UHGV virus genome: UHGV-0113858
DNA: 64,000 nucleotides
Direction: 5' to 3' (one strand)
DNA from: a virus
Part shown: in pieces, positions 35,486 to 44,333 of the stretch
Numbering within the stretch: the first letter of the stretch is position 1
Layout: each line of letters opens with the position of its first letter
Made by a program: the position numbers and the translations under genes
Notes under the pieces: generated by a model
Databases searched by the model: none
What the model was told of the DNA's origin: nothing
What the model saw: only the letters and a program-made list of their open reading frames with translations

Positions 35486-36397
35486 ATGTTTGATATTAAA
35501 AAGAAATTTACCAACAGCGAGATTAAAAGTCTAGAAGAACGGTATCATAAAAAGGTAGAGCGCACAAAGAAACGGGGTTTAGAATTCTCCTTGACCCTTG
35601 ATGACTGGTTCATGATGGGAGAAAAGCTTTTGGGCATCGGCCCGTGCGACTACACCAATATGAACTTTAGCACGAGGTCGGTACATGGCGAAAAAGACCC
35701 ATTGTATCCGACAGTTGAGCGCATTGACGATAAGAAAGGTTATGTTCGTGGAAATGTATGCGTTGTCTTGCAAAGAGCCAATGAATTGAAAGATCGTTTG
35801 GTTGACAAGAAAACAGCCATCACTATAATTGATCCGCTAGACCGTGAGATTGTGCAGGCTATGATACTGAATATGTCTAAAGACCATCTCGAAAAACTGA
35901 AAACTAAATATATCCCACAACAGGAGACAAAAATGGACATGAAAGAACACATGGCAGAAGTAGAAAAGAATCATAACACCGACTATAAAGAGCTTGCTGA
36001 ACACGAACACAAACAACCGCCTGCGGCAGAAGAAACCACTGCGCCTGTGGAAGTGGAGGCTGAACCGAAAGAAGCTATCAGTGTTGCACTGCCAGAAGAT
36101 GTAGCTGTTGCGCTTGCTTATGCAAATTACTGCAATACTTTTGCGAATGTCGGTATGAAAGTAAGTGTGACATATGCTCAGTTCAAGGCAAAATATATTC
36201 GCAGCACCTGTGCAATGACAGGAGAGAAGCTTACTGGTGAGCCTAAATCCATTCTGATTCTGGATCTTAACATTGGCTTTGCCAAAGATAATTTCATCAT
36301 CGTCTCCAAGAAAATGGAAACGGCTATGACTCAACTGATGATCCAGACGGGCCTTAGCCTGCCAAAAGTTACAGCGATGCTGAACAAGGTGGTGTAA
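35486..36397 (+). CDS. protein with two degenerate His-Me finger (endonuclease VII-like) modules and an acidic linker
   Basis: N-module GPCDYT...VERIDDKKGYVRGNVCVVLQRAN resembles the endonuclease VII motif (HxDHDHxTGxVRGLLCxxCN), but the His residues are lost. C-module CAMTGEKL...ILDLNIGFAKDNFIIV is similar. Confidence 0.5.
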   Translation: MFDIKKKFTNSEIKSLEERYHKKVERTKKRGLEFSLTLDDWFMMGEKLLGIGPCDYTNMNFSTRSVHGEKDPLYPTVERIDDKKGYVRGNVCVVLQRANELKDRLVDKKTAITIIDPLDREIVQAMILNMSKDHLEKLKTKYIPQQETKMDMKEHMAEVEKNHNTDYKELAEHEHKQPPAAEETTAPVEVEAEPKEAISVALPEDVAVALAYANYCNTFANVGMKVSVTYAQFKAKYIRSTCAMTGEKLTGEPKSILILDLNIGFAKDNFIIVSKKMETAMTQLMIQTGLSLPKVTAMLNKVV

Positions 36398-36598
36398 ATG
36401 GACAAGCTCCTTGAGCGGTTCGCACTGGACCGCCTTGGACATTTCGACTACTCCGAAGTTGTATACTCAAAAGAGCTATCTAAGAAGAAAAGAGAGTTCA
36501 AAATACGATACAATAAAGGTGAAAAGTATGTCGAAGTAACCTACCAAGGCGATAATACAGGCGGCATTGAGGTTGTTGAAATAAAGGAGAACACCTAA
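36398..36598 (+). CDS. hypothetical protein (66 aa)
   Basis: ORF track; the start abuts the upstream stop. Confidence 0.45.
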   Translation: MDKLLERFALDRLGHFDYSEVVYSKELSKKKREFKIRYNKGEKYVEVTYQGDNTGGIEVVEIKENT

Positions 36599-36858
36599 TG
36601 TACGAAGATATCTTGGGCAGGCCAGCATCCCCGCCAGAGCAAAAAATGCTGAATGCTGGCTTCAGGCCGGGTCTTAGTTTCGGGGATCTGGTAGAGACTT
36701 TCACAGAGAACGCGATTCGAGGAACTATTGATGGGATCGTCTTGTTTGCTGTTCCTCACCTTCCGGGAGCGCCTGGACCACAACTAGCGTGGGGTTTCAG
36801 GATTGAAGGGATAGATGAATTTTTACCCCAAATTGCATTGCAAAGGGTGATGAATTAA
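36598..36858 (+). CDS. hypothetical protein (86 aa)
   Basis: ORF track. Confidence 0.45.
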   Translation: MYEDILGRPASPPEQKMLNAGFRPGLSFGDLVETFTENAIRGTIDGIVLFAVPHLPGAPGPQLAWGFRIEGIDEFLPQIALQRVMN

Positions 36859-36868
36859 CCTATAATAA

Positions 36869-36897
36869 GGCCATCGTAACTGATGGCCTTTTTTCTT
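36869..36897 (+). terminator. rho-independent terminator
   Basis: GGCCATC-GTAACT-GATGGCC followed by TTTTTTCTT. Confidence 0.7.
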
Positions 36898-36907
36898 GGA
36901 GATAAGA

Positions 36908-38335
36908 ATGTATACAGATGAAAAAGAAAGCATTATGGAACTGGCTGATGAAGCACTGAAGAAAGTTCAGTCTGCCCGCATCGCTTTACTTACTAATCGA
37001 CCATTCTACGGGACGCTATTAAGCGGTATGCCGCTGATAGTTGACTGTGCATGGCTTCCAACCGCAGCGACTGATCATCGCAACCTATACTTTAACCCAG
37101 AGTTCATTATGGGTATGCCTGTTGATCGCAAGAAAAAGGTTTTTGCTCGTATTGACAAGCACCCGATGATGACACAACAGCAAAAAGATGAATATAAAGA
37201 ATATGTTGATGTCTTCTATCGTCAAAAAACCATGAAGGAAATTGTATTTATTCTAATGCATGAGGTCCGCCATGTTACCAACGACCACATGTCTCGTGGG
37301 AAAACATTTGACCGTAGACGTTTCAATATCGCAGCCGATCACTATATCAACACCGACCTGGTCAAGGAGTTGGGCCAGAAAGCCGAGAGTTTGAAATGGT
37401 TCACTCATCGGCAAGTCTTTGATAAGACAAAAGAATTTGGATTCCTTGCTTACTGCTATTGTGACTATCAGTACGAGGGGAAAACGGCTGAAGAGATTTA
37501 TGCTCTGTTGCCGGATGAGGTTGGTGATGGTAAAGGTAAGCCGCTGGGGGCGCACATCGGGGATTATGATAAAGACCTGGACATCCTGGGGTATACGGAC
37601 CCACACCCACAGAAGTCTGCTGATCAGGAAGATGAGGATATGTCTTGGTCTGAGGACATGATTGACGCTGCTATGAAAGCCGCAGGTGGTGAAGGACCGA
37701 AAGAAGCCAGAGAATTAATCGCACAAAAAGGTAAACCGAAGATTAATTACCTGCAAATAATTAAGCAACGAATGATTTCTCGTGTTAAATCTGATCGTAC
37801 TTACCGGGTCTTAGGTCGTCGATCAGGGGGGATGACAAAAGTCCTTCGTGATCACGGCGCTCTAACTAAGAGACAGTTCATGGTTATGCCTGGCAGAAAA
37901 AGAACAGAGACTGTTGATATTGTAATCGGTTTTGACGTTTCAGGTTCTATCTCTCGTCAAACAATGACGCGTATTTTCAATGAGATAATCGCTTTGAGCA
38001 CCCTGTACCAATGTTTCCGTATCACATTGTTCTGTTGGTCAACCCAAGTTGGCAACGTCAACGTGTACACACAGGACAATATAAAGGAAATTCTGGATTA
38101 CAGAGTTACATCAACTGGTGGAACAACTGCCGCATGTGCATTTGAGTACATCGATGAGTTTATTCCTAAGGCAAAAGAGGTTATAATCTTCACAGATGGT
38201 TACATAGAGGACCTGAGACATCGTGGCGCAAGCTGGGGGCGTAAGTACAACACTCTCTGGGTTATCTGCGGTGGGCGCAAGGGTTGGTTAGCTCCTTTTG
38301 GGAAGGCGGTAGATTTGGATGAGCACTTTAAATAA
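36908..38335 (+). CDS. DUF2201-type protein: N-terminal HExxH metallopeptidase-like domain plus C-terminal VWA domain (MoxR partner)
   Basis: FILMHEVRHVTNDH carries HExxH. VWA MIDAS motif DIVIGFDVSGSISRQTM (DxSGS). The start was chosen at MYTDEKES after a GGAGATAAGA SD; the track ATG at 36896 lies inside the terminator. Confidence 0.75.
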   Translation: MYTDEKESIMELADEALKKVQSARIALLTNRPFYGTLLSGMPLIVDCAWLPTAATDHRNLYFNPEFIMGMPVDRKKKVFARIDKHPMMTQQQKDEYKEYVDVFYRQKTMKEIVFILMHEVRHVTNDHMSRGKTFDRRRFNIAADHYINTDLVKELGQKAESLKWFTHRQVFDKTKEFGFLAYCYCDYQYEGKTAEEIYALLPDEVGDGKGKPLGAHIGDYDKDLDILGYTDPHPQKSADQEDEDMSWSEDMIDAAMKAAGGEGPKEARELIAQKGKPKINYLQIIKQRMISRVKSDRTYRVLGRRSGGMTKVLRDHGALTKRQFMVMPGRKRTETVDIVIGFDVSGSISRQTMTRIFNEIIALSTLYQCFRITLFCWSTQVGNVNVYTQDNIKEILDYRVTSTGGTTAACAFEYIDEFIPKAKEVIIFTDGYIEDLRHRGASWGRKYNTLWVICGGRKGWLAPFGKAVDLDEHFK

Positions 38336-38726
38336 GAAAGTTGTCCACAATTTGGATTTTGAGATTTACTTGATGGGGCTTGGTTGTTGTCTCATTGTGA
38401 ACTTTGAAGTACAAAATGGTCATGATCTGACTGGCTATAGGTATGACATTTTCTGTAACAGGAAGATTGTCGAGGTATATGGTGCCGGAGAAGGTGGTGA
38501 GAGGGAGATTATCATTTCCAGGGATTTCACGGATGATCCCCTCCACATCACAGAAGAAGAGCTTAGTCTGGTCGAAGTTATGATGACACACTTGTCGCCA
38601 TTCGAGAGAAGTTTGCACAAACTTGGATGTGATCTGGCTGTTCTTCACCATAATGATGCATCTCAAGAGTATGCCCAAGAGGTTGTTAAAAATCACTTGA
38701 ATAATTATCTGGAGGTAGAAACATGA
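38319..38726 (+). CDS. hypothetical protein (135 aa)
   Basis: ORF track. Confidence 0.45.
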   Translation: MSTLNKKVVHNLDFEIYLMGLGCCLIVNFEVQNGHDLTGYRYDIFCNRKIVEVYGAGEGGEREIIISRDFTDDPLHITEEELSLVEVMMTHLSPFERSLHKLGCDLAVLHHNDASQEYAQEVVKNHLNNYLEVET

Positions 38727-39019
38727 GAATCTCTAAGAGTTTCAGTGTTTTATGCTCTTATGGGATGATATCCAATCTGAAGTTATCTTCAACGGATATC
38801 CGCATTTACCTGTACTTGAAATTCAGGTGGCAGTTCTTTCACAGCAAAGGCTCAGAGTTTTGTGAATCAACCACCACTATCTCTGAAGAGGTTGGTGTTT
38901 CTGAAAGGACTGTTCGTCGGTCTATGGAGAAATTAGAAGAGTTGGGATACCTAGAGGTAGTCAACCGACCAGGAAAAACCAGCCTGTATATCACCAAAGA
39001 TGAGGTGGCTATTAAGTAA
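38723..39019 (+). CDS. winged-helix/HTH DNA-binding protein (98 aa)
   Basis: ISEEVGVSERTVRRSMEKLEELGYLEV is a helix-turn-helix. Confidence 0.5.
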   Translation: MRISKSFSVLCSYGMISNLKLSSTDIRIYLYLKFRWQFFHSKGSEFCESTTTISEEVGVSERTVRRSMEKLEELGYLEVVNRPGKTSLYITKDEVAIK

Positions 39020-39290
39020 CCAACCCCGGACACTGGTGACCGGACACCCCGGACATGGATGACCTACGACATAATAAAGAATAAAACAATAAAGATAATA
39101 AAACATAAAACATAGATCTTTATAAAAAGATCTTGATCTATGGTTTAGTTAGTGTATAGTTAGTTTCAAGAGGAAGTGATGAATCACTTCAGTCATCCAT
39201 AAGTGGATTAGCCATAAGCTAACCCGTTTACGGGTGTTAGATGTGTGTGGAAGTGCAATGTGTTCGGAGCCACGGGCGACAGGAGCTTCT
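39020..39290. repeat. non-coding repeat-rich region (CCGGACA x3, AATAAA-type A/T repeats, 8-bp stem hairpin AGATCTTT/AAAGATCT, TAGTTAGT repeats)
   Basis: Read directly; there is no ORF, and it lies immediately downstream of the HTH gene. Confidence 0.5.
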
Positions 39291-39292
39291 AA

Positions 39293-39544
39293 ATGCGACG
39301 ATTAACTGGGGGCGGCGCGAGCCGTACTGAGATGGAAGTTATAAAACTACGAAAAACGTGGAATAACCTTGTTGGTGGAAGACGAGGTACGGTAAAAATG
39401 CATTTGGTAGCCAGCTTTATTGACCAAGGTCAACACGTTGCAACATATCGTTGGTGGTCAAGAAAATATGGCTGGCAATATGAGACCAAACCTGCATACC
39501 TTTATGCACAGACATGGCGGCTAATGGAAAAATGGAATGACTAA
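39293..39544 (+). CDS. hypothetical protein (start uncertain; possibly the internal MHLVASF after a GAGGTACGGTAAAA SD)
   Basis: ORF track. Confidence 0.35.
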   Translation: MRRLTGGGASRTEMEVIKLRKTWNNLVGGRRGTVKMHLVASFIDQGQHVATYRWWSRKYGWQYETKPAYLYAQTWRLMEKWND

Positions 39545-39610
39545 ACAACAAGCTTGGACACTTGACAAGGGCATAGAAGCACTAGATTCAACCCTAAACA
39601 AGGATAAAAA

Positions 39611-39871
39611 ATGAAAACGATCCGTATCCGTCAACACCGTGGTGGCCTGTTGGAAAGCAAACAAACAGAGAAAGAAATTCCTGCCACCAAAGAAGCTGTG
39701 CTTGAATACGTTGTAGATTCTGGTATGATTATGACTATGCTTCCTCTGGGAGCTGATGATGTTGTAGTTGTGCCTTACTATGAAGATGGTAAGGACAGGA
39801 TTTATATGGTGAAGATATTCTCTATGCCCTTCGGCTTCATCGAAACTGTTGGAAATTTAACACTTAACTAA
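39611..39871 (+). CDS. hypothetical protein (86 aa)
   Basis: AAGGATAAAAA SD. Confidence 0.45.
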   Translation: MKTIRIRQHRGGLLESKQTEKEIPATKEAVLEYVVDSGMIMTMLPLGADDVVVVPYYEDGKDRIYMVKIFSMPFGFIETVGNLTLN

Positions 39872-39896
39872 AGTTATCTTAAGAGGAGATTACAAA

Positions 39897-40541
39897 ATGG
39901 GTTCATGGCCTTTTCTGATTTATGTGATTGATGTTCTGACCACAGACGGTAATTATGGTGGTTGGGTTGCTCTGATGCTTATCTCTGCTCTCGCATACGC
40001 CGCCTGCTATTGCGGTCAGAAGATTTATGAAGACCTTGAGAAGAATGGTACAGCCTTAGGGTATCAGTTCTTCGAAGGTGAAAATCTGGTTCTTAACCAA
40101 GACTGGAGTGGATATAAGGCCGGGGATACGATTGAAATCGTTACGGTATGGAACAGTGATAATACGCTTCGAGTTCGCTTGCCGAATGGAAGGGTCTCCA
40201 GCAACGATATTAAGCAGTCCACAATTTACAAAGTAACCCGGAAGGAAGGCCAATCAACAACACCTGTTGTGGTAAAGGATGTTACCAAAGGCCCACGTAA
40301 GATCGCAGTCTTTGGCATGGTGATCTGCTTCATTGGTATCCTGTATGCTAACTTTATGCCTCAGAAAGAAACTGCGTATAAAATGCTGGCAGCGTATGTA
40401 GGTCAGAATGTGGTTGAGTCACCACGTACACAACAACTGGCTGATAGCACCATTAAGTATCTTGATGCTCAAATCAAGAAATATACTGAAGAGTTGGATG
40501 CAGCCGCCAAAACAAAAGAAGAGAAAAAGGAGTCTAAATGA
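39897..40541 (+). CDS. two-TM membrane protein (214 aa)
   Basis: TM1 WVALMLISALAYAACY and TM2 IAVFGMVICFIGILYANF, with a Lys/Glu-rich C-terminus. Confidence 0.55.
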   Translation: MGSWPFLIYVIDVLTTDGNYGGWVALMLISALAYAACYCGQKIYEDLEKNGTALGYQFFEGENLVLNQDWSGYKAGDTIEIVTVWNSDNTLRVRLPNGRVSSNDIKQSTIYKVTRKEGQSTTPVVVKDVTKGPRKIAVFGMVICFIGILYANFMPQKETAYKMLAAYVGQNVVESPRTQQLADSTIKYLDAQIKKYTEELDAAAKTKEEKKESK

Positions 40542-40873
40542 CAGGAATCACTGAACGCGTACTCCAGTCCTCGGTTCGGGCGCAAGCCCGTTCTGTCCCC
40601 TCTGTCATGATGAATTTGGTAGAGGAAGTCGGGGAACTGGCACGAGCACTTAATCGTCCTTATCGCTGTGACGAGCCATCAATTGCAGAAATTGCAGATG
40701 TTATCAACTGTGCAGTCGACCTTGCATACATGTTGGAGATTCAAGAATATCTCAGCCCTCGCGTGTATGACCCCAAAGATATTGCAGAGACCGTGAAGCG
40801 TCGTCTTGAATACTTTGTTGACAAGAAGTGCGATAAGTGGGACAGTATCGTAAAGAAGCTGGAGGAAAAGTGA
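40538..40873 (+). CDS. MazG-like nucleotide pyrophosphohydrolase
   Basis: NLVEEVGELARAL (EExGEL core) and a second helix, IAEIADVINCAVDLAYMLEI. Confidence 0.6.
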   Translation: MTGITERVLQSSVRAQARSVPSVMMNLVEEVGELARALNRPYRCDEPSIAEIADVINCAVDLAYMLEIQEYLSPRVYDPKDIAETVKRRLEYFVDKKCDKWDSIVKKLEEK

Positions 40874-41073
40874 AAACTGACTTTCTTGGCAATAATCTTG
40901 CAATTGGTGATAAGGTTGCATTCACAGAGGGTGGCTACAAAAACATGTTACTTGGAGAGGTTATTGGGTTCACAAAGACCACAATCAAGATAAAGCATCT
41001 TTCAAAGCCCCGCTTTGATCATCGTGAGTTTTGTAACCGCGAGCCAGCTTATGTAGTATTGGTGGGTAAATGA
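40870..41073 (+). CDS. hypothetical protein (67 aa, GTG start)
   Basis: GGAGGAAAA SD followed by GTG, which overlaps the MazG stop. Confidence 0.4.
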   Translation: MKTDFLGNNLAIGDKVAFTEGGYKNMLLGEVIGFTKTTIKIKHLSKPRFDHREFCNREPAYVVLVGK

Positions 41074-41414
41074 AACCATTTGAAAGTAAGCGAATAGCCC
41101 TTGACTTCGATGATACCTTTACCCTCGACCCTGAACGCTGGGCTGAGTTTGTCCACCTGTTCTGTTCTCGTGGTTCTGGTTGGTCAGTGAAGTTTGTTAC
41201 CTTCAGGTATGAAACGGATCGCAATGAAGACATCGAATACTGGTCTGAGAAACTTGGCATTGACATCATCTACTGTGGTGGTGTACAAAAGGCTACGGCT
41301 TGTGCTAAAGCGGGTTGGGTTCCTGATATCTGGATAGATGACTTCCCAGTGCTGATCCCAATGAAACAGCAACTCCAGGGTATGATCCTTGGTATTGAAA
41401 AGAATGGAGGATAA
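41070..41414 (+). CDS. small HAD-like protein (DxDxT motif)
   Basis: IALDFDDTFT at the N-terminus; 114 aa. Confidence 0.45.
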   Translation: MKPFESKRIALDFDDTFTLDPERWAEFVHLFCSRGSGWSVKFVTFRYETDRNEDIEYWSEKLGIDIIYCGGVQKATACAKAGWVPDIWIDDFPVLIPMKQQLQGMILGIEKNGG

Positions 41415-41417
41415 TTT

Positions 41418-41747
41418 ATGAAATTCGAAGAATGGTTATCGCAACAAGATGGCATTATCGAGGTGGATTGCGGCTGTGTTACCATGGAAGCTTTTTATCA
41501 CTGGCTACGTATGGCTTATGTAGCTGGGAACTCTCCGGCAATTCCAGAGGGGTACGTGATGGTGCCGAAGGTTCCAAGTCAAGCCCACCTGAACAGCATA
41601 GCTATGCGCTACCGTCACGATTTCTATTTGCTTAACGATGCGCAGAAAGATATCGCCCTTGCTACCGCCAGGCAGATGTATGAGGAATGTAGTGGGCAGG
41701 GATTCTATACGCTGCCAGCCGTCCCGCAGGAGGTGAGGCATGGCTAA
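41418..41747 (+). CDS. hypothetical protein (109 aa)
   Basis: GGAGGATAATTT SD. Confidence 0.45.
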   Translation: MKFEEWLSQQDGIIEVDCGCVTMEAFYHWLRMAYVAGNSPAIPEGYVMVPKVPSQAHLNSIAMRYRHDFYLLNDAQKDIALATARQMYEECSGQGFYTLPAVPQEVRHG

Positions 41748-42150
41748 GTTAGGAAAGCGTGGATATCCAGCACTATACCTGAAGGGCAGTAATGCTTGGT
41801 ATACCGGGTATGCCCATGACTGGAAAATGGAAGATAAGGTGGATGTTTCCGATCGTCATGAAATTCGCGAGCTGAAACTCCAGTACACTGGATTCAGTCG
41901 TGGTCGTTCTGCTGCGAATATTGAAATGGTCGATCAAGACGGGAACAAGTTCCTGATGTCAATGTCTGGGTTTGATTTGTTGATGAAAATAGCCGATGCA
42001 CCAGCAAGTGTCAAAAGAGCAGAAAAGCTTCGCGGATATGATATCCTCCGTAGCACCCATCATGGTGGTTCCGGTGTCTGGTACGTTGGTTCATTTTGTC
42101 AAACAAAACAAGGTCAGAACTATTTTATTGAACCTGTGGAGGTGAGATGA
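41740..42150 (+). CDS. hypothetical protein (136 aa)
   Basis: ORF track. Confidence 0.5.
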   Translation: MAKLGKRGYPALYLKGSNAWYTGYAHDWKMEDKVDVSDRHEIRELKLQYTGFSRGRSAANIEMVDQDGNKFLMSMSGFDLLMKIADAPASVKRAEKLRGYDILRSTHHGGSGVWYVGSFCQTKQGQNYFIEPVEVR

Positions 42151-42308
42151 TGAGCTTAGAAAAACGATCTAAATATTTGGTTTTCAAGTTCTGGGAGATC
42201 CTGTATGATGTCTGCTACTTTGTATTTGGTAATCTTCCGGTTACTTACGATGTCAAACACAAGATGAATATGGCGTATATGCGCTACCAAATGAAACGTG
42301 ACTGAAAA
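42150..42308 (+). CDS. micro-protein (52 aa)
   Basis: GGAGGTGAG SD then ATGATG; not in the track. Confidence 0.3.
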
Positions 42309-42432
42309 AACAGATGCTATGATACCCCGTATGATGCGTAGAAACGCCGTGGCGGGGTTTTTAGCACATAAGGTAGGCAAACGTACTGCCTTTTCATAAA
42401 ACCCCTCAGGATTGATTACAGGACGCTACACG

Positions 42433-43248
42433 ATGACTACTATCTTAAACACTCTCGAACTTATCCCCCATAACAAGGTTAGTTATGATTTTCCTAACGT
42501 GCGCGGCGACCTTGAAAGGCTTTACCTTGATGCAGTATATGCCCTTGGTGGTGTAGAATTCTCTACTGACGAGACTGATGAGAGGACTTTCAATCAGGCC
42601 AAGGCCAGCGTGGAAAGTGTGCTTGATGACCTTAAGCAATACGCTACAGGTTCAGAGGTTGAAGGGCTTCTCGATTATGCAAAAGACACTGAACGTGCCT
42701 TTGTTGAAAGAGGTGAGTATGTACTCAATGCCATGCGGCGCATGAACAAGTTCAGTAAGGATATCTTAGATATCGACAATACTTGGAACAGAGAAGACAT
42801 TGCAAATGGTGTTGCCTGGATCGCAGAGCAACTGGGTGAGATGTTTGATGGAGGATCCCATATACGGTACATGATGCAGAATCGAGGATGGCGAGACCTG
42901 TATCTTGATTACCTCGTGAACCTTGTCGGTAACCCGGTAGTAGAGGTGCTTGCACATTATTCTTCTGCTCATGATTTGGTGTATGGTGTCGATGGTCGTA
43001 TCAAGATTGCTGATAATACCGTTACACTTATGAATGGCCCTACTTCCTTGGTCCTTTCTCCTATTCCCGGTGATATGCGTATTGTTTACACAGTCCCAGG
43101 AAAGACAGAACGGTTCCTGATTTCTGTATTGAGCACATTTTTCATTGACATTTGTAATCCGACTCCAGATGAGGTTCAAATGTATGAAATTTCTACAGGC
43201 ACAACCTATGATATTATTAAATGGAAGGATATTTTCAATCCAAGATAA
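42433..43248 (+). CDS. hypothetical protein (about 271 aa)
   Basis: Start chosen at MTTILNTLE; this is the last gene before the repeat region. Confidence 0.55.
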   Translation: MTTILNTLELIPHNKVSYDFPNVRGDLERLYLDAVYALGGVEFSTDETDERTFNQAKASVESVLDDLKQYATGSEVEGLLDYAKDTERAFVERGEYVLNAMRRMNKFSKDILDIDNTWNREDIANGVAWIAEQLGEMFDGGSHIRYMMQNRGWRDLYLDYLVNLVGNPVVEVLAHYSSAHDLVYGVDGRIKIADNTVTLMNGPTSLVLSPIPGDMRIVYTVPGKTERFLISVLSTFFIDICNPTPDEVQMYEISTGTTYDIIKWKDIFNPR

Positions 43249-43523
43249 GATTCAAAACTGTGGGATATTTGTACGATATTTAATATCCCAAAGATATTTT
43301 AAAATTCGAAATGGTTTTCAAAATCGTTTTTGAAACGGATTTCATCTTACCTGCAAATTTTTAAATAAAGAGTTTTGGGAGTAGATTATCTCAAACCTTT
43401 GTGGAAGCTATGTCGAAAAATGATGCACAAGTGTATGATTGCTATAGGTATCTTGGCATCAAGATTGGACATTTATCTCAAATAGGCGAAAAAGATATCT
43501 CAAATTTTCAGGTAGAAAACTCT

Positions 43524-43740
43524 GGGTTCTCGATCGACTTTTCGTTTTCAAAAACGTATTTGCTCTCACTATCAAAAAATTTTTCTCTATATCAACCGGG
43601 TTCTCGATCGGTTTTTCAAAATCGAGATCGTAATTGTTTTTTCTCTAGAAAAAATTTTTCGGCCCGGTTCTCGATCGAGATCTCAATTTCCAGATCGTAT
43701 TTGTTTTCTTACGCGAAAAAATTTTTTAGGGGTATCGCTC
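43524..43740. repeat. three tandem copies of a degenerate 70-bp unit (GGTTCTCGATCG ... CGTATTTGTTTTCT ... AAAAAATTTTT)
   Basis: GGGTTCTCGATCG occurs at 43524, 43598 and 43665. Each unit carries an A6T5 tract. ATCTCAAA repeats lie upstream. Confidence 0.6.
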
Positions 43741-43787
43741 AGTATCTCACATGAAAAATCAGAAGTCAATATTTAAATTTTTTGTTG

Positions 43788-43835
43788 AATGAGAAGCATT
43801 CTTATTTAGTTATTTGAATGATAATCATTCTCATT
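43788..43835. promoter_or_regulatory. two adjacent Fur-box-like palindromes
   Basis: AATGAGAAGCATTCTTATT and AATGATAATCATTCTCATT; compare the Fur box GATAATGATAATCATTATC. Confidence 0.4.
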
Positions 43836-44065
43836 TGCTGAATGACAGGCACCCCCGGTGTTTTGTACTCCGGTTTCAATGTTCCCGCTATGTGTATAAT
43901 ATAGGATACACGGCCCCATGTTGCAAGCGTCTTTACAATTCTTTACAAATAGACTTTAGGCGAGCTACCGGCGATCCACCTTCCAACCAGGTCTCCGCGC
44001 CTGGTATGTTAGCCCCGCCTTTCCGCCGTGGGGTGGCGTCTCTTCTCCTGTCTGATAAATATAAC

Positions 44066-44108
44066 CCAAGCCGGGGCCGTTTGCAAGCCCCGCGATAAAA
44101 TATTTTTA
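44066..44108. repeat. about 43-bp hairpin-containing element (copy A)
   Basis: CCAAGCCGGGGCCGTTTGCAAGCCCCGCGATAAAATATTTTTA; related copy at 44334..44374. Confidence 0.45.
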
Positions 44109-44291
44109 CTCCCAGGAGTCCGCGATCACTTCTCCATTTTCCGCAACAATTCTCACCCTGGTAAATCCTGAATTATACATTTTCAACGCAAAGGGTAAAG
44201 GCACGATCCTAACCTGGGGCGCTGCGCTTTCCGTCTCCCAGGTGGAAAGGGTAACCATTGTTTCACTCGTTATTACTTTTGCGTTTTCCAT
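44106..44291 (-). CDS. small protein (61 aa) on the minus strand inside the plus block
   Basis: It carries the same AAAGGTAAAC SD as the plus-strand cassette genes, and is flanked by the direct repeat copies A and B. Confidence 0.35.
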   Translation of the reverse strand: MENAKVITSETMVTLSTWETESAAPQVRIVPLPFALKMYNSGFTRVRIVAENGEVIADSWE

Positions 44292-44333
44292 TTCGTTTAC
44301 CTTTATTTGTTGGCGTCCTTATATAGTACACTA

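Noticed and set aside
36896-36907. Track start codon of the VWA gene at 36896.
   Set aside because: That ATG lies inside the terminator stem (GATGGCC). An SD-preceded ATG 12 nt downstream (36908) is the more plausible start.
42156-42380. Minus-strand 74-aa ORF in the plus-strand block.
   Set aside because: It is antisense to an SD-supported plus micro-ORF and a terminator-like element, and has no SD of its own.
43524-43740. Possibility of a CRISPR array.
   Set aside because: The repeats are only about 13 bp in their conserved part, have irregular 67-74 bp spacing, and the spacers are related to each other. This is not CRISPR-like.
43401-43754. 117-aa ORF spanning the 70-bp tandem repeats.
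   Set aside because: The translation is low-complexity and simply mirrors the DNA repeat period. There is no SD. The region is better explained as an iteron-like non-coding array; a real repeat protein cannot be fully excluded.
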